Shown one piece after another: positions 1 through 13,008 of a stretch of DNA of 64,000 nt (within the stretch, counting starts at the first letter, position 1; every line of letters begins with the position of its first letter). This DNA is from Selaginella moellendorffii. Lineage: Eukaryota > Plantae > Lycopodiophyta. The position numbers were made by a program, and so were the translations under genes. Where the stretch lies: positions 68,954-132,953 of the forward strand of contig NW_003314319.1 in assembly GCF_000143415.4 (NCBI RefSeq), in the 5' to 3' direction. Below the pieces are notes generated by a model. It was not told where the DNA came from. It ran no database searches and saw nothing but the letters and a program-made list of their open reading frames with translations.

Positions 1-1966
1 TAGGGTTATCACGTGAGGCCTCATGCCATTTCGACGAGGCTGGTCGCCTAGTGAATGCACAGCCTCATCCAAACGAAGCAGAATCTCAAGGAAGTTCTTG
101 CGGCCGATGTGGCCTTCCACCCCATCTTCTGCTCCAAACAGACAATGCTGGCAGTGAGAACAAAAACATGTACGTCTTCGCGTACTTGGCGATGCTTGTT
201 GCCAAAGGCATATTTGAAACGGTTACACTTGGCTTTCTCATGGTTGGGCACACTCATGAAGACGTCGATGCCATGTTCAGTCACCTGGCAGAGTCCCTCC
301 GGCGATCCAATGTCCTCACCCTCCCACAACTCTACGATGAATTCCAAAATTGCATCAAAGGCACTGTTGAAGCTGCACTTGTGACAGAGGTTCCAGACTT
401 TAAGGGGTTTGTAAGAGGCTATATCAGGGACGGATCCGAAACGCTGATTGGCCACTCCAAGCCTCTTCAGTTTCATTTCAGCATGCGTGACGGTGCTCCA
501 ATGATGAGGTACAAGATGAGAGAATGGGACACACTGTGGCTGCCAGTGGACGGCATTGAACTCTTCAAGAGAGATCCCATAACTGGGGAACCTATGATTC
601 CTTAGGGTTCCCCACGGCTGATGCATCCGGATGGACTCAAAGACCAGGAAAGTATAGTGGCCGGGATTAGACAGCATATTGCCTTCTGGAAGAGGGGGTT
701 GGTGTTTGGTGGAGAATCCTATTTTAAGAGGTGCAAGCCTTTGCTCGAATACTGGGAGAAGATTATATCTGCTATCCAAAATGGGCCGGTTGTATATGAA
801 GAATTGGAAGAGTCCTTTTGGCCAGAACCCAGAGCACCAGATAGTAGCGGAACAATGTCCTCTGGAAATGCAGTGACAGATAACGATATTGAGGATCACT
901 ATTGTGGGCCGAGGAACAAGAAGCCGGATTCAGCATTCAATCTAGTACAGGTCTGCAAAGGAATGGTCATGCTTGTCAGACCCAGTAATAAAAAACAAAT
1001 GATATGGGTGGGGCGCTGCATCACTGATGCAGAGGAGGACGCGGAAACTAACTCCTTCAATGTAACTGTGGAGTGGTTCAAGCCAAGTTCCGGATATACG
1101 AAGGATTGCCTAGAAAAGAGATGGGTGCTGAATCCAAGGGATCCCAGCATGAGCATATCGGTGGATAATGTTGTGCATGGTTGGATGCGGAAGCAGAGTG
1201 CCACCATCACCTTGCCAGACCATGCAAGAGATGCAGCAAGAGCATTCATAACCCGGGTTCAAGGTGAGATTCATTAATATTCCTTTACTAAGTTTCTAAT
1301 GTATTTTATTTCAAGGTGAACAATCCGAATCTGAATCAGAGGAGGCGTGATGGCATGTGGCCCTTTGCACTAGTATATCTTAATACCGGTCTGAGAAATA
1401 GAATGGCATGTGCCCTCAGGCCTTTTACTAAATCACCTTTGAAAGAAATGCAAGCCTCTATGTCGTAAAAAAAAGGTACTAGAGAAATTCCTTAATAATA
1501 TGAATGTTATTTAGTTTCATGAAAATACACTAAGGGTCAAATGAGTTAAATGACTTCTCCAAACTAGCAATGCCTCTTGCTACACCTTCACAATTAGATT
1601 CGTTAGAAAAAGATAACATTGAATAATATCTAAATGTTCTCACCATTAAGTTATATGTCTGGCTAATAGGAATGACGTTCATCTTGGAAAGCTCACCACA
1701 CGCTCAATGAACAAACAAATAGTGTGTGCGCGCATGCCATCGCTCTTCTTTAGCTTCAGATTCGGCTTGTTCACCTTGACAATGAGATTTACTATACAAC
1801 CAGATGGACTTAGTCTGGACACAAAGTCACTGCGCTAGTCACCATGCCCCAGATATGTCTAGCCTCTGGACAAAAAACATATAATTTCACGTCATTTTCA
1901 AATACTTGAAAATTTGTACCTAGTCCCATTTTACTGAATAAATCCCACTTTAACGAAATAGAGCTT
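1..1966 (+). mobile_element. Sola-like DNA transposon copy X, 3' end only (extends left of the window), inserted into copy Y
   Basis: Ends in the family TIR ATAAATCCCACTTTAACGAAATAGAGCTT (1938-1966). 1752-1966 matches 9048-9262 and the reverse complement of 36739-36953. It is followed by TCAC and cargo-gene sequence that is uninterrupted in copy Z (about 42960-42980). Confidence 0.85.
51..1277 (+). pseudogene. Sola-like DDD transposase, catalytic C-terminal part, with one in-frame stop (TAG 603-605)
   Basis: Motifs LQTDNAGSENKN and FLMVGHTHEDVDAMFS resemble Sola1-type/DUF7869-type transposase cores. ORFs 51-605 and 621-1277 are in the same frame and separated only by TAG. Confidence 0.75.
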
Positions 1967-1970
1967 TCAC

Positions 1971-4770
1971 CAGGTTCGCAGAGAAGATACTGTTTTTCTT
2001 TGGCAACTGTAATTATATGCTCCATTGAAGTCACCTCTTCAATGGAGTTTGTCACCGCAACACACGGGACACCCTTGAGTAGTGCGGCTCGAAAGAATAG
2101 TCCGCCGCAGTTGTACTCGACAACGCATTTGCCCTTGGAGTCGGAAGCAGATGACCCACCTGCTATTGCGTTGAAGACCCAGCTGAGCATTTCCCATGCT
2201 GCACCTAGAGCTTTCTCTGGATTCGAAAGCTCCATAGCCGTCTTCAGTTCCTCAGGCACGGGTAAATTGACCTCCCTCAGATCAATTCGATCGGCCTTGT
2301 TGAACGAAGCTGGGAAGTCACTCCAGTCCCACTCTGCTGCAGGACCAATAACAAGGGCGAGTGTGAAGATGTGGACATTCGTCGGTATCTTCTTCTTAGC
2401 TATTATCCCATGGATCTCCCACATCTCCTTGCCTTTCAACCGAGCCTTCACCTCGTTCAAGGCCTTCCAGAACTTGTGATAGGATTCGGAGTCGTAGATC
2501 ATATAGTGGACTGAAGATTCCACCTCCGCAAGTCCCACCATTAAGTCAATGATGGAGCTGACTTTGTCTGCATGAGTGATCTCCTCGTTTGTGAAGTCCA
2601 TCACACAAAAGATGTTCTTGACTTGCTCATCTCCGCGGGAAACGATGCTCCTCCACCTTTGATCCTCATCCGAATTCACGTATACCCGGTAAGGTTCTCG
2701 ATAGGCCTCTGCTGTAGGGTCGAGCTGTTTCTAAAGCTGGCGGTCGACATCCCTCTTAATGAAATTTGGATACTGATCCAACTTCTCAGCTTTACTTTTC
2801 GTGGCATCCCGCAGCAGATCAATGAACTTGGGGGCCCCCTTCACGTACTCGTCGATGTCTTCATTTGACAACTCCAGCTCTTCCATCATCTCTTGCGTGG
2901 TGTCGATGCTCACCCTCTCCACGGCCACTTGCTCGAAGATCCAATCCTTCAATAGCGCACGAGCTCTCAGAGTCGTGCACAAGTCCTCGTATGTCACAAT
3001 ATGGCTGGGAGTCATTTTGGTCTTGTTGAAGACTACCTCACCACGTAGAAGAGCATTAGCCACTATCAGAAGGTCGTCGTCATCTAGAGACCGCGAGAAA
3101 CGCAAGGCGTTGAGCTTCAAATCATTGGGCTTCCGGCCGTCCTCCACACCCATTGAGTTTAGCAACTCCCCGTCATGGTACCTCCTCAGCACATCTACCC
3201 ATTTGTCAAAAACAACTTTTGTCGCGAGTAGAATGTTATGGATGCTGAGTGTGTCATTGACCCCCAGTGTTTTCGAGAGAAGACTCGAGAATTCCCCTGC
3301 ATGGATATGGCGTGAGGCCACATGCTATGCCACATGCAACGAGGCTTACCTGCTAGGCGCTAGTTGCTAGTGCACGTCCTTGTCCTGGTTTTTGTGGCTT
3401 CTTCAGTTGAACCCAGAGCTTCCGTGTTCGTGCCAATGTCTCGTGCAGACCCGATTTGTAGCACGTTTCTTGCTTGACATTCTGCGCGTGGGAGATGTAT
3501 ATGATAGATCGGAGGGGCGAGTTGCCTTTTATCAGGCGGACAACTCTTGTCTTGAAGACTTTCTTCACCTCCTCACCCACCATAATATCCACAACTATCT
3601 CTTGCATCGCCAAGCTAGAATGCTGCCCGGAGACGGCATAGAACCGGATGTTTTGATCGTCCAACACCTTTCTATTGATCAAGTCTGGAAACTTCGTCTC
3701 GCCCTTCATTGTTCGGTAGTAGGGGATCATGTCTGCGATGTCGGGTGTTACTGGACTTGCCAGCATCTTCTGCTTCAGTTTTTCCACCCACTCATCAGAT
3801 ACTAACCTGTGGTTTTATTTGCTTTGGATGTCGATGTGGCTCACGTCGATTGTATATACTTTGTTGGAATAGTAACAAGTACTATTATCTGCGACGATTT
3901 TTGCTGCCTCTTCTTGCTCTTTTTGCTCTTTGCGGCTCTTCTTTTTGGTGGGTGTAGTGTTCGAACCCGAGGCAATGGCATCACCGAGTAGCTTCTTTTT
4001 TGGAGCAGGAGAGTCGGATGTCGGCTTGAGCTTGACCACCCTTTTCTGCTTCGGGGTAGTTTCCAGATCGACCCCCTTCCCCTTCGCTTCGCGAACTGGA
4101 GTCACTCTCAATGGCTCAATGTTGGAATATAGTTTTTGAACATCGCCGTAGGTGAGGTCCGTGGATTCCATGTGATCTTCATAGACCCGCAGCGTCTTTG
4201 AAATTGTGGGCCTCCTGGACAACCTCTCCCTAGCTCCTTCTAGGAATTCCTCATAGCCGCTGCCCCCCTCCGGGAAGCCGCTAGGATGTGCAAGGTGGAT
4301 CTTGAAGGCGGACGCTGTCTCTACCACAAGTGCCAGTCCATATTCTTGCATGGAACTGCATGGAGTGTCTGTCACTTGGATGAGGATCCCCATGCATTCT
4401 TTTCTCCCACCATCTGTGTTGTACAGCCTTAGATCCTCGCCTTCCATCCCAAAAGTCCAACTGGTGAGCTCCTCCCCCTTCTCTGCATCCACATTGACAA
4501 TGGCTGGAAGAAGAACGCAATTCCTCGCCTGTTCAGAAATGCACAACAATTAGAGCTGACAAATGAAAAGCTAGCAGCTGGAAATAACGTGAGGCCACAC
4601 GCCATTCACCACTGCATCAGATGTCTTGAGGCTGCATCCTAAGATGGCGTGAGGCTACACGCCATCTGTAACCGGACTGCACTCGAGAGCCCAATCGGTG
4701 CATGCCAATGTTGCTACTGAATGGCATGTGGCCTCATGCCATTTTCTACTTGGCCTAAAAGACTTACCAT
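1971..4770 (-). pseudogene. Cargo gene of copy Y, 5' part: ParB/Srx-like domain plus degenerate amino-MTase-like fold
   Basis: ATG (4770-4768) is followed by a GTAAG intron. ORFs 3815-4549, 3353-3787, 2731-3321 and 1810-2679 join through in-frame stops and a short intron. ParB-like motif FYAVSGQHS, and VVEYNCGGLFFRAALLKGVPCVAV near the C-terminus. Truncated by the copy X insertion. Confidence 0.7.
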
Positions 4771-5438
4771 TTGAAGCCGAATGGAGGCGTGACAACCGGA
4801 CTCGCTGGCGAATGTGCATTGTGTGTGCAGCAGATCGTAGCAGCAAGGCTACTCTGCCACTTACAGTTGGAGAGTGGCGCTGAAATCTCCTAGGACACCA
4901 AGTGGGCTGCGTGTGGGTGGCGGAGTGGGCGGCAGGGTTGGCGGCGAAGTTACAAACTGGGTGTGTCTTGAAGTGGACGCCGATGCACACGAGCGCAATG
5001 CGAGCGCGAGTGTGATGCAAGCGCGAGTGGACGCCGATGCACATGAGAAACCTGTAGAGAAGGTAGATGAGCGCGAATGTGAGCGTGATCGCGAGTGGGA
5101 GCGCGATGCGAGCGCGAGTGTGCGAGCGCGAGTACGAAGCAAAATGCAAAACCTAACCTCACACGCGCGAAATGTCACGACGGTTGGTAATCCCGCAACG
5201 TCATCATTCATCGGACTTGGGCGCCACCATTAATTTCTGGATCGCCGCACGCACGCATGCATGTGAAATCCAAAAGAAATCCGCAACGTCATCATTCCTC
5301 GGACTGCATGCACGCGAAATCCAAAAGAAAGATCATGATTGGGATATCATTTAATACCCTCGCTATATTTATACCATGCATGATTGGATATTCTAAAGCA
5401 TCTTGTATTTCTAAAAATGCTAGATGTTCAGCTAAATA

Positions 5439-7368
5439 AAGAATGGTATACAATGTCCTTCTTGATGACCCTGCAAAGAAGCATCTCGATCGGACACCAC
5501 ATGAGACCACACGAGCCTTACAATGTTTCAGGGGCATTTGCCATAGATCCGACTGTTATTTTGCTCCAAGATTCTACAGTTTGGTGTGCATTGACCTTTC
5601 CATCGACACTGCAAAGGGACATCACAATCAGATGCGGGATCACAAGAAACTAACTTCACTAACTCTGGTTTCACCAAGATCTACGTAAGGAGTTATAAAA
5701 TGAAAGGACCCTCTCTATTGAAATATGTTTATGGTCCTAGGGGCATTGTGACATATCAAAGGATTTTGCATCAAGTTCTGTATTTGCATGTTTATCAAGC
5801 TACTGAATTGCTAAACCCTAAACCCTCCCTAAATATGTGGCAAATGCTGCGTGAAGAAAGATGCCCTTTCTGGGCAAATGTTGTAAGAGGCAGATGCCGA
5901 GCAGTTACACGGCGAATAATCTTGGCGCGGATCGCTGACATGGCATGGCAAAGTTCGAATCACTGACATGGCACAGCTGGATCGAGGCAAGGACATGATG
6001 TGACAAAGTTCAACGTTCGACAGCAAAGTCTAGAAGCTACTCAATTTGAAATTTGTCAGAGGAATTATAAGATCTCGTTTGTCAAAGGATTTGATGTGAC
6101 GTTCAAGCGTGTGGGCTCATGCAATTTTGATCCCAAAAAATGCACCAAAAAATGGTCGGCGTCATCTGGCATTATTTCTTGAATGGCATGGGGCCACATG
6201 CCATTTTAAGGGGCACATAGGAGTATATTCCTAGAATATTCTGAGATTTTTTTGAGTTTTCTGGATATCCAACCGTTAGATCGCAACTAGATTTTACAGA
6301 ATGGTATATAATGTCTTTTTTGGTGACCCTGCAAAGAAGCATCTCGATCGGAGACCACATGAGACCACACGAGCCTTACAATGTTTCAGGGGCATTTGCC
6401 ATAGATCCGACCGTTATTTTGCTCCAAGATTTTACAGTTTGGTGTGCATTGACCTTTCCATCGACACTGCAAAGGGACATCACAATCAGATGCGGGATCA
6501 CAAGAAACCAACTTCACTAACTCTGGTTTCACCAAGATCTACGTAAGGAGTTATGAAATGAAAGGACCCTCTCTATTGAAATGTGTTTATGGTCCTAAGG
6601 GCATTGTGACATATCAAATGATTTTGCATCAAGTTCTGTATTTGCATGTTTATCAAGCTATTGAATTGCTAAACCCTAAACCCTAAACCCTAAACCCTAA
6701 ACATGTGGCAAATGCTGCGTGAAGAAAGATGCCCTTTCTGGGCAAATGCTGTAAGAGGCAGATTCCGAGCAGATGTATCTCAGGCTAGCGAAGGGGACAA
6801 ACGAAAGCTAGCTATAAACATGACGGGATGCAAATAGATTACTAGGTTGGTCCTGCGAAAATCAAAAACCATAATTGAAAACATTGAAAATGCAAAAAGA
6901 AAGGTTTATAATATTTTTTAATTTTAAGCAACCAAAGGAATGTAAGTAGGGCATGTGTTTGTAAGTTTAAAAATGCCTCAACCACTTAAATTCCCAAGTA
7001 AATAAAGCTGTTTCTATTTTTGGTACATTATAGCGTGTGGGCTCATGCAATTTTGAACCCAAAAATGCACCAAAAAATGCTCGACTAGCATTATTCTTTG
7101 AATGGCGTGTGGCCTTATATTGCCATAAATGGACGTACATACACAGCATAATTATTCCTTTACACAGCGAATAATCTTGGTGCGGATCGCTGACATGGCA
7201 TGGCAAAGTTCGAATCACTGATATGGCACAGCTGGATCGAGGCAAGGACATGATGTGACAAAGTTCAACGTCCGACAGCAAAGTCTAGAAGCTACTCAGT
7301 TTGAAATTTGTCAGAAGAATCATAAGATCTGGTTTGTCAGAGGATTTGATGTGACGTTCAAGCGTGTG
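5439..7368 (+). repeat. Internal segmental duplication in copy Y (about 5439-5903 = 6298-6772; about 5906-6112 = 7161-7368)
   Basis: Visible as duplicated ORFs 5443/6301 and 5829/6967. Copy Z has only one copy of each block. Confidence 0.85.
6669..6701 (+). repeat. Interstitial plant telomere repeat (CCCTAAA)x4 / telo-box cluster
   Basis: ctaaa ccctaaa ccctaaa ccctaaa ccctaaa read directly. Confidence 0.9.
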
Positions 7369-7671
7369 TTATTTTTGAATTCTCGAACTCATTCCTAGGT
7401 CTATCATTTTTGTGCGCCGTGTTCTTGGTTCCGCTGAGCGCAATGAGCGCTGCTTGTGTAAGCGACGTTGTGAGCTGTGGTTTATGTGTCTACGAGCGGT
7501 TGCGGCATTGGGAGCGCCATTGCGAGCGGCAGTTTATGCGAGTGGCAGTTTGTGCGAGCGGCGCTACGGTACCACTAATGGTATGAGGGCTCATGCCATC
7601 TTGGGGCTTGCAAGTTCATCACTAGCATATTGCCAATAGTTTCTTTACCTGCCTGTAGCTGTGTGTTTATC

Positions 7672-7699
7672 AAGATGGCATGAGGCCTCATGCCATCTT
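7672..7699. promoter_or_regulatory. Perfect 28-bp palindrome, best copy of the dispersed element motif ATGGCATGAGGCCTCATGCCAT
   Basis: AAGATGGCATGAGGCCTCATGCCATCTT is its own reverse complement. Degenerate copies recur in all three Sola-like copies. A regulatory role is inferred. Confidence 0.6.
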
Positions 7700-8054
7700 T
7701 GGCCCCTACTAGCCTATTGCCATATTCCTTTTGCCTTGCTGCAATTGTATATATTTTTGTATGGGTGACTAGTCACGAACACAAAAATATATACAGTTGC
7801 AGCAAGGTAAAAGGAATATAGCAACAGGCTAGCAAGGGCCAAAGATAGCGTGAGGTCTCATGCCATTAGTGGTACTACTAATGGCATAAGGGCTCATGCC
7901 AATTTTGTGAATGCGAAATTTCACGTGGGTGTCAATAGCATGTTTGAATAATGGCATGTGGCCTCATGCTATTGAGGTTGTTTGGTATGTTATGATTTAG
8001 GCCATTCTCCAATCATTTTTTGTATGGTCTTAACTTCTTTTCTGCACTTTCAGA

Positions 8055-9134
8055 ATGGCCTTCGCAAGTGCGACACATGTTCCCTCCGTGGATCTTAAGA
8101 ACCGTGCTACATGGATTCAGGCAAAGGTGTTTCTAAACAACACCAAGGGGGAGGTGGTAGCTGAGGGCTTAGCCACAGTTGTCAATCCAAGAGATGCGGT
8201 TGCTAATCAAGAATTGAGCTGGGATGATATTGGAGTTGCGATTTTAGAGGTTGTTGACACAGAAGAAAACAGTCTGACTATTGGAAGCATTGTGCGGTGG
8301 AAATTGAGGCACTTAGTGTTTGAGAATGTGAAGGATTCACAATCAAACACCACTACAACTGATGATAGAACATCTCTTCATGGGAAAAGAAAGTACACCT
8401 TCCTAAAGCGCAGCCAAAGGGATCTGAGCAACAAACCGAAAAGGCAGAAAATGGTGATGGAGGTTCGAATGGTCTCGACAGTTACTTGTTGCAAGAGGAG
8501 GTGCTGTCAACATGCTGATTGGGATGCTATTGAAGAGGAGAGAGCAAGATACAAGACATTGTCCTGGAAGGCAGCTCGCAATTTTGTGTATGAGGCATTA
8601 CGGTCATCTGTTAATGCTTCAGAACATCAGGTGGGGGGCATGGTCTTCCAGAGGGGTTTGGTCTGCATGAAGGCATGGAGAATCATTTATGGAGTCCCTC
8701 GAAGCACATTCTACAGAATCAAAACTGAGTTCGAGGAACAAAGGGTTCAACAGGCAGTCCATGGGAACGACGGTACTCACAAAACCAGGGGTCATGTTGT
8801 ATATGGAGAGGCAATCTTCAAGAGGTTTGTCGAGACATGTAGCGAGCAGCAACCACATAAAACCCGCCTCTTGGAAGATGGAACTCGAGACACCCAACGA
8901 GTTCTCCCTTCCATGTATACCAAGGGGGCCATATTGGAAGATGTGAATCGGGAACTCCAGAGTAATGGCTATAGGAAGCTGAGCCAATCTAGATTTAGTA
9001 GATTGTGGAGCAACAGGTTCAGGGATTTGAGAATAGGAAAGTACTCCAGCTTCAGATTCGGCTTGTTCACCTTGACAATGAGATTTATTATACAACCAGA
9101 TGGACTCAGTCTGGACACAAAGTCACCGCGCTAG
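8055..9134 (+). pseudogene. Sola-like transposase N-terminal half; catalytic core deleted (junction at 9048)
   Basis: CCKRRCC and LVCMKAWRIIYGVPRSTFYR segments. After KYSS the sequence jumps to the element 3' terminus, which is non-coding in copy X. Confidence 0.75.
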
Positions 9135-9272
9135 TCACCATGCCCCAGATATGTCTAGCCCCTGGACAAAAAACATATAATTTCACATCATTTTCAAATA
9201 CTTGAAAATTTGTACCTAGTCCCATTTTACTGAATAAATCCCACTTTAACGAAATAGAGCTTCTAAGGATAT

Positions 9273-10434
9273 TGTCACGAATGTGACTTCAGATATCGAA
9301 AGTTATCTGTCGGTTGTTTTTCAAATATTCTTTCCTTATCTTTCCTTACTGCCATAATAACAAAAGGTTAGTATTGCTGGACCCTTTATTAGTCCCTTTT
9401 GTGCTAGTGGAGTTAATTGGGCATTTCGAGTGTACTTAGACCGGATGAGCATAAGGATAGAATTCCTACATGTTATTAACTAAGTATACTTAGCTCGGTA
9501 AAGAGTTTCTGTCTTGTTGTGTCTTGCACTAGCTAGTGACAAAAACCCTCGTGTAATGAGATTAGTCCCTTAATATCATTGGATGATAGTTTACCGTGTT
9601 TGCCAAACACCCTCACCATCATGCCCTTTATGTTAGTCTCATTTTGGTCCTAAATGCTATTTATGGAAAGTGTCTAGATTTGCTCATTTAGTATATTTTT
9701 GGAATGTAGAGATTGTCCTAAACACAATAGTGTTCATCCCATGTCCAAATTCGCAATCTAGGGACATTCTATATTTAGTAAGTTTTAAGCTTATCCCAAA
9801 GATTAACTCTTGATACTAAGGGAGGCTTGGGGTGAAAGCCCAAAGCATGTGTTCCTCAGGGTGGGGGGGGGGGGAGGGGGCGCTATGGGGGGTTCCAAAT
9901 GTATAGTAAGGATAGTGGGTAGGTTAGGCATAGTTAATCAACTTAAAGTATAGTCTAGCTCTTGCTTGCGTGTTTGTTCTTGTTTAGTGTCTGGTTTGGG
10001 TCCAAACCCAAGTTCCATTCCATGCTAGCTGGTGGAGTACTTATATCCTCACGTTAGGCCACCAGTATGCCGAAATAACACCAGACTCCATTTAACTCTA
10101 TTTTGTATGCTTGGGATGTTGGTTGCTTTAGGATTGATCTAAGTTGCTCTGTGCTCCTATCCCTTCACTCCTTGGACTATATGCTTGGGAGTCGTTCCGT
10201 GCTTTAGTGCCATCACTCCTTGGTTCCATATTTGGGAGTTTGGCATTGTTCCTTCATTTAGTGGCCCAAGGCTCTAAATCTCGGGTTTCACACCATTGTC
10301 CTTTGGACACGTGGTATGTGGCACATAGCATATAGCATATGACACGTGGTATATGGAGGGTTTAGGTTCCACTTTGTGGTGTTATCCTATGTTAAATCAC
10401 CATAGGATAAAGAGTAAAAACCATATGCACTACA
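9273..10434 (+). repeat. 5' LTR of element 9273-23719
   Basis: TGTCACGAATGTGACTTC...CACTACA, followed by the PBS; aligns with 22598-23719. Confidence 0.9.
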
Positions 10435-13008
10435 TTTGGTATCAGAGAATGAGTCTCAGCGAGTACTATCCAATAAGATTAGGCAACTAGTCTCATTGCA
10501 TACATAGAGATGAAAACAATTATCCGAGTGGTACATATTTAGGTGCAAAGGCTTCGCAATCATTCATTGGGTATGGGTTTAGTTACCTTTTTGTACCATA
10601 TTATATGAGTTTGCTCTTGGGCTCATAAGATGGATTGAAATATTCCATTTCGCATAAGTTTGTGCTTGGGCTCGTGAGTGAGGCACATTAGCAATTCAAA
10701 GTTACCCTTTGAGTTGGCAGGATTAATGATAGCCTATTGATGTTTTCATGAGTTGTTCCATGTACCATAAGTAAAAGTAAACCTCTTTGGGTTTGCTATG
10801 AGTGGCAAATAGGCTAGTCCGTAGTTGTTTAGCATGACACTAGTGGAACCTTCCTAGGCATGATTACAAAAGGATCAATCAAGACTGTAGGGAATAATCT
10901 ATTGGTTCAAGTAGTTATTGCCATATTCTTTCATAAACTTTTCTTGGATTGAACTGAAGGCAGTGCAGAAGCAAACTTGAGGTTTGGTCAAAAGATGAGA
11001 TCGAAAAGAGAGTCATCAGAGACAAAGGATCAAACATTTTCTCTTCTTGGAGAGATGATTTGCAATGAAGTGTTAAATCATTGCTTGTGTTCACATTATG
11101 CAATCAAAAGTCCCTACCTTAATGCATGTTGGTTATAGTGGTCTTACAAATGGTGAGTTGCAGGATGGATAACGGTGAAATGCTATGCCATTTTATCTAG
11201 GTTTATTATTGAAGACTTGGGTTGCAATGCTTAATTCTTTTCCGGGGAACCTTGCTATTGCTCATTGAATAGCTTGGTGTTGGATTAGTTTTGAGTTTGG
11301 TTAGATAAAGGGTGGCATGAGCTTGTTTGTGTTGTGAGCAAAAGTTAGTGGTGTTAAGTGTTGTAAATCTCTATTGGTGAAGTGTGGCATTTATGTTGCA
11401 TTTTGTCGAATCGAGTTGGCACTTGATGCTTATATAAACCTTTGAAGTAATGACATGCGTGTTGCTTGTGGTGTTGCTCAATTGATGACCAAGTCATTAT
11501 GATACTTATATCATATCCATGTGATAATGGGTAATGTATTTACGAAGTTGCTTGGTTGAACGATGATCAACCCTAAAGTGGTTGATAATGAAGCTAGTCT
11601 ACTTACATGTAGTAATATTTAAGTAACTTTGACTAAAGTTCTCAATAGTGATCCATTATGCAAAGCTTAAGTTGGTTCCTTATTCTTTAAGTTTGCCCAT
11701 TGAAGTGTTGGAAAAAGGTTGTAGCATTTATTTGTTATAGCTCATCAATAATTCCATTGCACTTGGAGTAGACTTGGAGTAGATTATTGAATGAAAAAGA
11801 TGTGTAATTGAGGCATTAACATCACTAGCACTTGTGTCAGTAGAAGTGGCATTGTTATGTTGAGTGATGAGGAACTTTCTTTAGAACTTGATTTTCCATA
11901 TCATTTTTTTGTTAGTGTTTTGGCTTCACATTAAATCTTGAAGGTGGTTGAAAAAAAGCGTTATTGTAATATGGATATCCGAAGATGTGGTCTTCATGAT
12001 CAAGCCTTGAATGTTCACTTTGCGTTTTGCGGATGTCGCTATTAGATGTCGGTTATATGCGCAAAAATGTTCAATGCTTAAGCATATTGATGGATCATAA
12101 GAATTTATGTTGAGATGAACCTATGTGTAGTAGTAGGTAGAAGGAAGTTGGTTGAGTTTTGAATGTTTGTATTCCTAGACTAAAAGTTATTCTTTCTTTA
12201 GGATGGAAATTTTTTTTATAAATTTTCTTAGACTTTTCCAATGGCTGATTTATTGATCACTTTACCCAAAAACCTTTCTGTTTTTATAAGCCAATACAAA
12301 TTAGTGAAAGGGTTAGAGGTGACTTCAGTTGGCTTAGATCTTAATAGGTAATTTGTATGATGCCGCCCGAAAGGGATGTTGACTTTTGGGGCTAAAGCAA
12401 TTGAGTTGGATAGAGTCTGGAGTTGGTGTAGAAAAATGATTGTTGTGCTTTTTTAGAAAAGTGACACCCTTGTGCCTTTCTTCTGTAACATTGTGCTTAA
12501 TGGTAAGTTACACCTTGCATTTTGTTAAACTCTATGAGAGTAGTGAGCTCTCATTGATCTTGACTTGGTCTTAGTGGCCTTACACTTTGGTTGAGGATAG
12601 TGATGTTCAACTTAGTTGTTTAAAGTTGAGATGTTAATACCCGTACTATAACTTTGTCTATGAAGAGGTTTTGTACCAATATGAGTTCATCTCATGATCT
12701 TCACTTTAGTTTTGATTAAGTGTTGATTATGCATAGCTAACCTCTTCAAAGCATGCTCAGAGCTATTAGCTAGACGAGTTGGTGAGCTTATTGCGGTTGA
12801 GTTAGATTGAATGGTCATTTAGTTTATGCTTATCCATGAATCTTTATCTCGTACCTAAGATATTACATTCATGTTGGATAAGTATGACTTGATGGCATGA
12901 GTTTAGTGTTGGGTTTTGTGAAGGCAAGTTGAAAGAGTGATTGTTAGTTGTTTTGCAATTAGTGATTGCTTGTATACTTTATTGAAGACTATTGACACTT
13001 GCTTTGCT

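Larger units (their letters stand above)
1967..9262 (+). mobile_element. Sola-like DNA transposon copy Y, non-autonomous deletion derivative, interrupted by copy X
   Basis: TIR at 9234-9262. Near-identical to the reverse complement of copy Z 36739-42979. Transposase and cargo gene are divergent. Confidence 0.9.

Noticed and set aside
603-605. In-frame stops as programmed readthrough or U-to-C editing sites
   Set aside because: U-to-C editing is organellar, and the stops are numerous and accompanied by frameshifts. Mutational decay is simpler.
1810-1966. C-terminal tails of ORFs 1810-2679 and 8055-9134
   Set aside because: Read-through into non-coding element termini created by insertion or deletion junctions.
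5443-5688. 81-aa ORF kept open in three places (5443, 6301, 39268)
   Set aside because: The copies are recent duplicates, so openness is uninformative. No recognisable domain.
10448-13008. Possible copia-type pol remnants in the old LTR element (also 19227-21600)
   Set aside because: Too decayed to read convincing motifs; superfamily left unassigned.
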